Assembly: GCA_043823065.1 (NCBI GenBank)
Contig: JBDRBB010000008.1
Span: 639 to 64,638, forward strand
Direction: 5' to 3'
DNA: 64,000 bases
Source: Pseudomonadota bacterium
GTDB lineage: Bacteria; UBA10199; 2-02-FULL-44-16; DYJF01
Below, one piece after another: positions 56,175-64,000 of the stretch. The position numbers and the translations under genes are program-made. Every line of letters begins with the position of its first letter. Position 1 is the first letter of the stretch. The notes beneath the pieces are model-generated. The model was not told the origin of the DNA, ran no database searches, and saw only the letters and a list, made by a program, of their open reading frames with translations.

Positions 56175-56806
56175 GATCTCTCCCCTTTTAGAATACGTGT
56201 GTATAAGCTTGCTTCTTGTCCAATATCTTTAGCTCCGCTAAGTCCACTAATAGCGGCAATACGTCGACATCCTGCAGCTACGATATTTTTACTGTTCATA
56301 GTAGTAATTCCGCCGATAGCTACAAATGGAGTATTGATATTTTGAATATGCTTTAAGAAATTTGGACCAAGTGGGGGATTGTTTTGAATCTTGGTTGAGC
56401 TCGGATAGATTGGACCGACACCAATATAGTCTACATACTTAGGATCAACTTGTTTAATTTGTTTTAAGTTATGGCAAGACAAGCCAAGTAACATAGTTGA
56501 GCCAACTATCTTTCGGGCTTGTGTAGGAGGTAGATCTTCTTGTCCTATGTGCAATCCATCAGCTTGAAGTTTTAGGGCTAGTTCAGGATAATCATTAACT
56601 ATAAATAAGGCATTATGCTTTTGACAGATTGTTTTAATTTCTTGGCCAAGGCTAAAAAGATCAGCTTGATTTAATTTTTTACTGCGAAGTTGCAAGACTT
56701 TGGCGCCGCCAGCTAAAACTTGTTTGGCAAGAGCTATTGGCTTAAGATCGCCAATATCTTCTAGAGATAAAATAAAATATAATAATGGATTAGGTAATTT
56801 TTTCAT
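56159..56806 (-). CDS. thiE: Thiamine-phosphate synthase
   Basis: QLRSK, VNDY, GLHIGQED, GPIYPSSTK, VAIGGI. Confidence 0.95.
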   Translation of the reverse strand: MKKLPNPLLYFILSLEDIGDLKPIALAKQVLAGGAKVLQLRSKKLNQADLFSLGQEIKTICQKHNALFIVNDYPELALKLQADGLHIGQEDLPPTQARKIVGSTMLLGLSCHNLKQIKQVDPKYVDYIGVGPIYPSSTKIQNNPPLGPNFLKHIQNINTPFVAIGGITTMNSKNIVAAGCRRIAAISGLSGAKDIGQEASLYTRILKGERSWLHS

Positions 56807-56807
56807 T

Positions 56808-56877
56808 GCTTCCTTGCGCCAGTATTACCTGGATCAAGTTCAAAGGGTTATCTCAGCCTAAAGGGCACCCCTAGCAG
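56808..56877 (-). ncRNA. TPP riboswitch (compact)
   Basis: Minus strand: TGCTAGGGGTGCCCTTTAGGCTGAGATAACCCTTTGAACTTGATCCAGGTAATACTGGCGCAAGGAAGC, directly before the thiE ATG. Confidence 0.93.
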
Positions 56878-56894
56878 TATGTTTCGTGTGTTAG

Positions 56895-57042
56895 TGATGG
56901 TTGGTTTTGGGGATGTTCTTTTGCTACGGCGGCTCGACTCAAACGCCGTCTCGCTCGCCTGCCGTAAAATTGTTGCGTTTTATATGGCTTAGAGGCAACA
57001 ATTTCACAGGCCGCTCAAGAACATCCCCAAAACCAACCATCA
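56895..57042. repeat. Long multi-branch palindromic (MITE-like) element
   Basis: Perfect 26-bp IR TGATGGTTGGTTTTGGGGATGTTCTT enclosing hairpins ACGGCG/CGCCGT and AAATTGTTGC/GCAACAATTT. Confidence 0.85.
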
Positions 57043-57079
57043 GCAACTTAGCTTCACTTTGTTTAACAGTAAGCAATAG

Positions 57080-58735
57080 TTAGCTCAATATCTCCGCTAA
57101 ATCTTTTTCTGCAGTTTTAATAGGCATAATGTTATATTTTTCTACCAGCACTTTGAGAATATTAGGTGTAACAAATGCTGGCAGGCTTGGTCCTAAACGC
57201 ATATTTTTAATGCCCAAATGTAGCAAAGTGAGCAAGATGCACACCGCTTTTTGTTCATACCAAGATAAAATTAATGATAAGGGCAATTCATTTACCGAGC
57301 ATTTAAAAGTATCAGCTAGGGCCGAAGCTATCTTTATTGCTGAATAGGCGTCATTGCATTGCCCGCAATCAAGTAGTCTGGGAATGCCGCCAATATCGCC
57401 AAAATTTAGTTTGTTGAAACGATACTTGCCACAAGCCAAAGTTAGAATAATACAGTCTTTGGGTACTTTTTCGGCAAACTCAGTGTAATAGTTACGGCCA
57501 GATTTGGCTCCATCGCAGCCGCCAATTAAAAAGAAATGACGAATTGCTTTGCTTTTGACTGCTTCAATAACTTTATCAGCAACACCTAAAGTTGCATTAT
57601 GCCCAAAGCCAACAGTTATATATTTTTCCTGTTCATTGGTTGTAAAACCAGGGCTGGCTAAAGCAGCTTCAATTACTGAACCAAATTCATAATTAGAGAT
57701 GTGTTTGACTTCTGGCCAAGCAACCAGGCCGCAAGTAAAAATTCGATTCTTATAACTATCCATTGGCCGTTGAATGCAATTAGTAGTCATGACAATTGGG
57801 CCTGGAAACTGAGCAAACTCCTTTTGCTGATCTTGCCAAGCGCCACCATAATTTCCAACCAGATGTTTATATTTTTTTAATTCAGGATAAGCATGGGTAG
57901 GTAGCATTTCGCCATGCGTATAAATGTTGATATCTTTGTCTTTGGTTTGTTTTAAGATTTCTTCCAGATCTTTTAGATCATGGCCAGACACCAGGATCGC
58001 CTTGCCCTGAACTGGAGTGATACGAACTTTGGTAGGAATGGGATGACCGTAACTGCTGGTATTAGCTTTATCTAAAAGTTCCATGACTCTTAAATTGACT
58101 TTACCGCATTCATTAATCAGCTCCATTAGTTTAGCAGCATCAGTTGGTTCATCAGCTAAAAAACTCAAAGCTTTGTGAAAAAAAGCATAAATGTTTTCTT
58201 CTTCCTGACCTAAAATAAAAGCATGATCTGCATAGGCAGCTGTTCCTTTAAGGCCATAAGTTAAAAGTTCTTGCAAGCCAGTGATATCGTCTCCCAATTT
58301 TTGTTTGCGCTCTGTAATTGGATGTTTGCGGCCTTCAGTCAGAGAAGCTTGAAGTTCGGGAGTAAATTCGATTTGCGCAGAGCCAGAAATTTGCTCTGGT
58401 TTGATTCCTTTTTGCTGACAAGTTTCTTGATATAATTTTTTAGCTTTGGTTTTAGCGGCAAAAACTTTTTCCAGCAAAATTTGATAACGCTTAGGATCAA
58501 AATTGACGTTTGTAACTGTTGAAAATAAGGCTTCAATTGTTAGCTGATTTATTTCAGGATCAGAAATACCCAATTGACGCAAACGATGAGCGTGCTGAGC
58601 CAAGCTTTTAACCGCATACATGGTCAAATCAATCATAGCTGACACATCTGGCGATTTGCCGCACACGCCCTGCACCGTACAACCAGTGCCCTGTGCAGTT
58701 TGTTCACACTGATAACAAAACATTTTGGTATTCAT
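57080..58735 (-). CDS. hcp: Hybrid cluster protein (hydroxylamine/NO reductase)
   Basis: MFCYQCEQT..CTVQGVCGK, SGHDL, THGEMLP, GGCDG, DCGQCNDAYS, SWYEQKA; GGAGG SD before ATG 58735. Confidence 0.97.
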   Translation of the reverse strand: MNTKMFCYQCEQTAQGTGCTVQGVCGKSPDVSAMIDLTMYAVKSLAQHAHRLRQLGISDPEINQLTIEALFSTVTNVNFDPKRYQILLEKVFAAKTKAKKLYQETCQQKGIKPEQISGSAQIEFTPELQASLTEGRKHPITERKQKLGDDITGLQELLTYGLKGTAAYADHAFILGQEEENIYAFFHKALSFLADEPTDAAKLMELINECGKVNLRVMELLDKANTSSYGHPIPTKVRITPVQGKAILVSGHDLKDLEEILKQTKDKDINIYTHGEMLPTHAYPELKKYKHLVGNYGGAWQDQQKEFAQFPGPIVMTTNCIQRPMDSYKNRIFTCGLVAWPEVKHISNYEFGSVIEAALASPGFTTNEQEKYITVGFGHNATLGVADKVIEAVKSKAIRHFFLIGGCDGAKSGRNYYTEFAEKVPKDCIILTLACGKYRFNKLNFGDIGGIPRLLDCGQCNDAYSAIKIASALADTFKCSVNELPLSLILSWYEQKAVCILLTLLHLGIKNMRLGPSLPAFVTPNILKVLVEKYNIMPIKTAEKDLAEILS

Positions 58736-59405
58736 GCGATCCTCCTTCAATGGTGATAACATTAGTTTTAAGTGTCAAATCGCTGCCAGCGTTTTTGAGT
58801 GCTTGTTCAGCCAAAGTTTTTAGGCCATGGCAGCAGGGCACTTCCATCATAACTACAGTAATTGATTTCAAATTATTTTGTATAATTATTTGGGTTAATT
58901 TTTCCAAATAAGGTTTTGTATTATCAAGTTTAGGACAGGCCATAGCTATAACATGTTGGCGCAAGAAATCCTGATGTAAATTAGCATAAGCCACTGCCGT
59001 GCAATCTGCAAGAAGCAAAAGATCGGCATTTTTTAAATAAGGTGCATTAATTGGCATTAAGGTTAACTGAATTGGCCACTGTCTGAGTTGAGATACTTGC
59101 TCTGCATTATTTATTTTATTTTTTTTAGGTTCAAAACTTTTAGTCATGGTGCCTGGACAACCACAAGGTAGCGGAGGCAAGCTGGATTCATCAAATTCAT
59201 CTGCTGGACGTTCTTCAATGGTTAATGCGCCCTGTGGACATTGGCCAAGGCAAACACCAAGTCCATCGCAATAAGAATCTTTTATTAGTGTTGCTTTGCC
59301 ATTCACAATTTGCAAAGCACCTTCTTTGCAAGCAGGAATACACAATCCGCACCCATTACACTTTTCCTCGTCTATCTTAATTATGTTTCTAGTATTTTTT
59401 GCCAT
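58704..59405 (-). CDS. 4Fe-4S dicluster protein (hcp-associated)
   Basis: CNGCGLCIPAC, CDGLGVCLGQCP, CGCPG, QWPIQL, ACPKLD, MEVPCC. Confidence 0.9.
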   Translation of the reverse strand: MAKNTRNIIKIDEEKCNGCGLCIPACKEGALQIVNGKATLIKDSYCDGLGVCLGQCPQGALTIEERPADEFDESSLPPLPCGCPGTMTKSFEPKKNKINNAEQVSQLRQWPIQLTLMPINAPYLKNADLLLLADCTAVAYANLHQDFLRQHVIAMACPKLDNTKPYLEKLTQIIIQNNLKSITVVMMEVPCCHGLKTLAEQALKNAGSDLTLKTNVITIEGGSHEYQNVLLSV

Positions 59406-59440
59406 CAGTAAAATAATAATCTAGGACGAATTGAAAGTAA

Positions 59441-59454
59441 TTGATCTAGGTCAA
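59441..59454. promoter_or_regulatory. FNR/HcpR-type binding site
   Basis: TTGAT-CTAG-GTCAA centred about 42 bp upstream of ATG 59405; TATTAT -10 element 7 nt before that ATG. Confidence 0.7.
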
Positions 59455-60108
59455 GAGGGTGGTTAATTGTTCTGGATCTTTAATGGTAACTTTATCTTTT
59501 TCCACTTGGATTAGCCCAGATTTTTTCATCTTTTTGAGGGTGCGGGAAAGGGTTTCTGGGATAGTGCCAAGCTGAAAGGCCAATTCTTTTTTGGGCAGAC
59601 CAAGGGAAAACTTGTTTTTTCCTTCTTGCCGGAATCTTTTAAATAGGAACAAAGCCAAGCGGCTAGATACTGAGCCCAAGGATAATTCAGAAATTAAATT
59701 ATTAAGATGGCGAAGTAGGTTGGCCATAGCGCCCATCATTTTAAAAGATATTTCTGGGTGAATTTTTATTAAACGCAGCAAATCTTTTTTGTTGATCAAG
59801 ATTAATTCACAATCAGTTCTGGTGATGGCATTAACCGGATAGGTAGTGCCGGAAAACATGGCTGCTTCGGCAAAAATTTCACCAGAATTCACTTGGCGGA
59901 TTAGTTGTTCTTTGCCTTCAGTGGAAGATTTAATTAGATCGACTTTTCCTTTTTGCACCAGAAACAAGGTTTGGGCTGGTTCGTCGGCATAAAAGATTGC
60001 GTTGTTTGCTGAAATATTTTTTAGGACAGCAATATTTTCTATTGCTACTAAACCTCTTTGGTCAAGGTCTGCAAACAAGACATATTGTTTTAGATTTATT
60101 TTGGACAT
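59446..60108 (-). CDS. Crp/Fnr-family regulator (HcpR-like)
   Basis: cNMP-binding domain (GEIFAEAAMF), HTH LGTIPETLSR; adjacent to hcp. Confidence 0.9.
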   Translation of the reverse strand: MSKINLKQYVLFADLDQRGLVAIENIAVLKNISANNAIFYADEPAQTLFLVQKGKVDLIKSSTEGKEQLIRQVNSGEIFAEAAMFSGTTYPVNAITRTDCELILINKKDLLRLIKIHPEISFKMMGAMANLLRHLNNLISELSLGSVSSRLALFLFKRFRQEGKNKFSLGLPKKELAFQLGTIPETLSRTLKKMKKSGLIQVEKDKVTIKDPEQLTTLLT

Positions 60109-62708
60109 TAATCTAAAAAATGTTCCTGGGCTGGGCGGCGCAAGTTATAGGAAGAACTCATAACCCGGCCATAAGCGCCAACTGTGCCTATAAGTAAGAT
60201 ATCGCCGGTTTTAGGATCAGCAATTTTTCTGGATGAGCCTAAAACATCGCCAGATTCGCAAATTGGCCCCACAATATTGGCAGAAACAAAATCTTGATCA
60301 TCAATTTTGGTTAAATTAACAATTTCATGATAGGAGCCATAAAGCGCGGGCCTAATCAAGGAATTCATGCCAGTGTTTATACCAACATAATAATGCTCAC
60401 CTTTTTGTTTGGTTTGGGTTACTTCAGCCAGTAACACACCAGCACTGGCCACGATAAATCTGCCAGGTTCCAACCAGAATTCAAAATTAGGATGAGTAGT
60501 TTTGACCTTAGCTAGATTATCATTCACTTTTTCTAAATTAAGCGGAGCCTGCCCTGGTTTTTCCACTACACCCAAGCCGCCGCCAAGATCTAATATTTTT
60601 GCTTCTGGAAAATGTTTGCTGACTTCAATCAAATATAGAGCAGTGTTGCTCCAAGTCTCTGGCGTAAAAATGTTGCTACCTACGTGGGCGTGTAAACCAA
60701 TTACCCGAGTTTTATTTTTTTTCAGGAGTTTGCTTAGTTTTTCGAATTCAGGATAGGCAATGCCGAATTTGGATTTAAAACCAGCAGTGCGCACATATTT
60801 ATGATGCCCCTGACCCTGGCCAGGATCAATACGCAAAAAGATTTCTTTGCCTTTAAATAACTCTGGCCAATTTTCCAAAGGAAATAAGTTATCAAGAGTG
60901 ATATTAACTCCCTTGTTGATGGCATGCTCATATTCAAGGCGCGGAGCAAAATTAGGTGTAAAAAGAATTCTTTTGGGATCAATATTTTTAAATAAACTTA
61001 AGACAAGATTAATTTCACTTGGTGAAACACATTCAAATCCCAAATCAGCCTCATAACAGACTTTTAAAATATAGGGCAGAGGATTGGCTTTTACAGAATA
61101 GAAAATTTGATTAGCAGCTGAAATGGTTTTTAGTTCAGAGATTTTTTGTTCAATAGTAGGTTTGTTATAGACATATAAAGGAGTGCATTTAGCAGCAAAA
61201 CCTAAAAGCTCATCGCGGCGTTTATACCACCAGGCCGAAGAATCAACAGTCGCTGGTTTTGGACGCGATTTAGAAAAAGTTTCTTCCCAAGTTAAACCTA
61301 AATTAGGATCAGAATTATTGTTTGGTCCTAAGAGCTCTTCATGTAGTTTACCAACTAAGCGCGCGGCATGGTCTTGATCTACTACAAAGGATAAATTTAA
61401 ATCATTAGCTGCTTGAGAGACTAAATAAATTTTATGTTCCTCAAATAGTTTTAGGGCAGGAGCAAGTTGATGTAAAATTCCTCTGATATTGCGGCCGACC
61501 AAACTCACTACAGCACAAGAATCAATTGCTTTGGCTTGGCAAAAGCTGTTCAAATCATGGAGTAAGGAGTTGAGGGCCCGGTCATCCATGGTGTTGGTGG
61601 CCTGGTCTAAGGTTACGCTAACATTGCTTTCCGAGGTTGAAATCAAATCAATGGATATTCCGTGGCGCCTGAAGCAATCAAACACTTTAGCCAAAAAACC
61701 AACCTGATGCCACATCTCCATAGTTTCTAAAGAAATTAAGGTGATACCGTGTTTTGCGGCAATTGCTTTGAGCTGTGCGCCTGCAGTTTGAGGATCATTG
61801 TTGATTTGAGTGCCTTTAATGGTTGGTTCCAATGTGCAACAAATTTCTAAAGGAATATTATTTTGACGCAAAGGAGCAATGCATCTGGGATGTAAAACTT
61901 TTGCTCCTGAAGAGGCAATTTCCTGGGCTTCTTCATAATCCAATTTTTTTAATAAACGCGCATTTGAAACCTGATGTGGGTTGGCTGTATATAAGCCAGG
62001 AACATCAGTCCATATCTCGCAGTGCTTGGCATTTAATTTGGCGGCAAAATAAGCAGCTGAAACATCTGAGCCACCGCGGCCTAAAAGCACGCATTCATTT
62101 TGCTCATTCTTGGCAATAAAACCTTGGGTAATAATTATAGGCAAGGGTTCTTTGGTAAAGATTTGATGTAAGTTTTCATCAAACTTAGTTTCACAATGAG
62201 CGCTTAAAATGTTTCTAGCCAAAGAGGCATCTGGCATGGGTTTGGCTTGAAGATATTTTCTGGCATCATACCAAGTTGTAGCCAGATCGTTTTGATGCAG
62301 AAAAGCAGCGCCAAGTTTGGTGAGCATGATTTCACCCAAGCTTAAAACTTGAGCATGCAGATGAGGTGTGTTTTCTTTTGCTAAAGAAATAGTTATGGCC
62401 AAAGCATTCAGCTTTTCTATATCTGGTTGAATTTCTGCAATTGCTACACCCAATTCATTGGCAAATTTTGCATGAATTTTACCAATTTCTTGAAAGATTT
62501 CCTGATGATTATTATTTACAGCTTGTTTAACCAAATTTTCTAGTTTATCAGATATGCCGCTTAAGGCAGAGCAAACCACTACTGGCCGCAGATTTTTTTG
62601 GAGACGGTCCTGGATAATTTGGGCAATTGTTTCCCAAGTTTGTTTTGTAGAAACACTGGTGCCGCCAAATTTCAACACTACCCAACTTGATTGTTTTGCT
62701 TGATGCAT
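60108..62708 (-). CDS. Bifunctional aspartate kinase/diaminopimelate decarboxylase
   Basis: VLKFGGTSV, LGRGGSD, WTDVPG, ACT domains, then YSVKANP, HAHVGS, DLGGG, EPGR, GPICESGD; start ATG 62708 or 62741. Confidence 0.93.
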   Translation of the reverse strand: MHQAKQSSWVVLKFGGTSVSTKQTWETIAQIIQDRLQKNLRPVVVCSALSGISDKLENLVKQAVNNNHQEIFQEIGKIHAKFANELGVAIAEIQPDIEKLNALAITISLAKENTPHLHAQVLSLGEIMLTKLGAAFLHQNDLATTWYDARKYLQAKPMPDASLARNILSAHCETKFDENLHQIFTKEPLPIIITQGFIAKNEQNECVLLGRGGSDVSAAYFAAKLNAKHCEIWTDVPGLYTANPHQVSNARLLKKLDYEEAQEIASSGAKVLHPRCIAPLRQNNIPLEICCTLEPTIKGTQINNDPQTAGAQLKAIAAKHGITLISLETMEMWHQVGFLAKVFDCFRRHGISIDLISTSESNVSVTLDQATNTMDDRALNSLLHDLNSFCQAKAIDSCAVVSLVGRNIRGILHQLAPALKLFEEHKIYLVSQAANDLNLSFVVDQDHAARLVGKLHEELLGPNNNSDPNLGLTWEETFSKSRPKPATVDSSAWWYKRRDELLGFAAKCTPLYVYNKPTIEQKISELKTISAANQIFYSVKANPLPYILKVCYEADLGFECVSPSEINLVLSLFKNIDPKRILFTPNFAPRLEYEHAINKGVNITLDNLFPLENWPELFKGKEIFLRIDPGQGQGHHKYVRTAGFKSKFGIAYPEFEKLSKLLKKNKTRVIGLHAHVGSNIFTPETWSNTALYLIEVSKHFPEAKILDLGGGLGVVEKPGQAPLNLEKVNDNLAKVKTTHPNFEFWLEPGRFIVASAGVLLAEVTQTKQKGEHYYVGINTGMNSLIRPALYGSYHEIVNLTKIDDQDFVSANIVGPICESGDVLGSSRKIADPKTGDILLIGTVGAYGRVMSSSYNLRRPAQEHFLD

Positions 62709-62837
62709 GATTTGTTTCCTTATGTTAAATGCCGATAACATAAGCAGATGTTAGACTTCAAGTTAAATAATTATATGTATAGATGTTATTAAAAATTGAG
62801 GTGGACAGAATAAAGACTATTAGGTAGATGAAGCGTT

Positions 62838-63968
62838 ATGTACACCAAAGTATCTGGATTCTTTTTAGCGTTTTTTCGACTCCTGGCCTTTGCTGCTCTG
62901 CTGTATTTATTTTTAATTGCGATAGGCTTGATGGGGGACTCTTTTAAGCTTTTAGGCCAAGGAGTTGCCGAAGCTTTAATCACCACCACTTCCAATCCTT
63001 TTGTTGGTTTGATGATTGGAGTTCTTACCACTGCTATTGTGCAAAGTTCATCCCTAACCACTTCTTTGGTGGTAGCGCTGGTTTCAGGCGGGGCGCTAAC
63101 CGTACATAATGCTGTGCCCATAGTAATGGGCGCCAATATTGGCACCACCATTACCTGCTCTATGGTTTCTTTGGGTCATATTAGGCGTGATGAGGAGTTT
63201 GAGCGGGCCTATGCTGGAGCCACTGTTCACGATATTTTTAATGTCTTGTCAGTGATAGTTTTATTTCCCCTGCAAATGGCCACTGGTTTCTTTGATAAGG
63301 CTGCCAATATTTTGGCCACCATTTTTTATGGTTCTCAAACTGCCAGTTTTGATAGTCCGCTTAAGGTAATAGTTAGTCCGGTGGTCAAAGCCATTCATCA
63401 TTTTCTTTTAAATACCATGGGCTTGGCAGATCAAATAACTGGCGTGTTAAGTGTAATTTTATCTTTGCTGTTTATTTTTGTTGCTTTAACTTTTATGGTA
63501 AAGTTTATGCGCCAGGTGGCTGCCACCAAGCTGGAGCACTGGATTCAGCGCATTTTTTCCTCTAATGTTTATTTGATATTTTTAATCGGCCTAGTTGTAA
63601 CCGCCATTATTCAATCCAGCTCAATCACCACTTCCATGATTGTGCCCATGTTAGGTGCTGGTTTAATTAATTTAGAGCAAGCTTTTCCCATTGTGGTTGG
63701 CGCCAATATCGGCACAACTGTGACAGCCTTGATTGCTGCTCTGGCTGGTAACAAGATGGGTTTGACCATTGCTTTTGTGCATTTAATCTTTAATGTTTGT
63801 GGAACCTTAATTTTCTTTGTGCCGCCATTTATGCGTAAAGTGCCGATACGCATTGTAGAATATATGGTAGGTTATTTTATAAAACATAAAAAATTTGTTT
63901 TTATTTATATGCTGCTTATTTTCTTTATCATCCCATTGCTGGCGATGTTTATCAGCAAGGTTTGGTAA
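62838..63968 (+). CDS. Na+/Pi cotransporter (NptA family)
   Basis: Duplicated QSSS motifs and GANIGTT repeats. Confidence 0.93.
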   Translation: MYTKVSGFFLAFFRLLAFAALLYLFLIAIGLMGDSFKLLGQGVAEALITTTSNPFVGLMIGVLTTAIVQSSSLTTSLVVALVSGGALTVHNAVPIVMGANIGTTITCSMVSLGHIRRDEEFERAYAGATVHDIFNVLSVIVLFPLQMATGFFDKAANILATIFYGSQTASFDSPLKVIVSPVVKAIHHFLLNTMGLADQITGVLSVILSLLFIFVALTFMVKFMRQVAATKLEHWIQRIFSSNVYLIFLIGLVVTAIIQSSSITTSMIVPMLGAGLINLEQAFPIVVGANIGTTVTALIAALAGNKMGLTIAFVHLIFNVCGTLIFFVPPFMRKVPIRIVEYMVGYFIKHKKFVFIYMLLIFFIIPLLAMFISKVW

Positions 63969-63985
63969 GCTGAAAGGAGTCAAAT

Positions 63986-64000
63986 ATGGTTCTGAAGGAA
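63986..64000 (+). CDS. Start of a downstream gene (3'-partial)
   Basis: AAGGAG SD followed by ATGGTTCTGAAGGAA at the window edge. Confidence 0.5.

Noticed and set aside
62712-62738. Sigma28 promoter (GCCGATAA)
   Set aside because: No TAAA -35 at 15-bp spacing; the octamer sits in a small hairpin
62789-63151. Antisense ORFs within long genes (e.g. 62789..63151, 4018..4368, 15993..16370, 55059..55430)
   Set aside because: Shadow ORFs of well-supported CDSs with no independent motifs
1-64000. rRNA, tRNA, transposase, integrase or prophage genes
   Set aside because: None recognisable by eye in this window

Overview
AT-rich bacterial chromosomal window whose gene content resembles Myxococcota/Deltaproteobacteria (PEGA Ser/Thr kinase, FHA- and kinase-fused sigma54 activators, myxobacterial-type T3SS); the taxonomy is inferred. 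From left to right: yggS-proC; an FmdB/kinase/FHA-EBP operon; a minus-strand non-flagellar type III secretion locus (6.2-19.9 kb) with sigma28, SctI/K/L/N/O/P/Q, FliN/FliO-like, SctRST, two LcrH-type chaperones and two paralogous helical substrates, but no sctJ/U/V/C/D in the window; a two-gene NuoEF-fusion plus NuoG/GltD oxidoreductase (Stn/Nfn-Bfu-like); a ~6.5 kb variable island (24.6-31.15 kb); a lipoprotein divergent from a 1671-aa kinase-ATPase-TPR-GAF-sigma54 activator; housekeeping genes (comM, SPFH, YccA, udk, fba, pfkA with an A9 frameshift); treY/GH57/treZ; TPP riboswitch-thiE-thiC; hcpR-ferredoxin-hcp; a lysC-lysA fusion; and a Na/Pi cotransporter. The most unusual signal is the island. 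Small cargo genes (Fic, SMR, HEPN-MNT, orphan membrane proteins) are separated by five co-oriented copies of a promoter-bearing repeat, and the island carries diverged 3' remnants of both flanking genes. Other notable signals are the split sigma54-driven T3SS with a shared upstream motif and several long multi-branch palindromic elements. All calls were made by eye without database searches.
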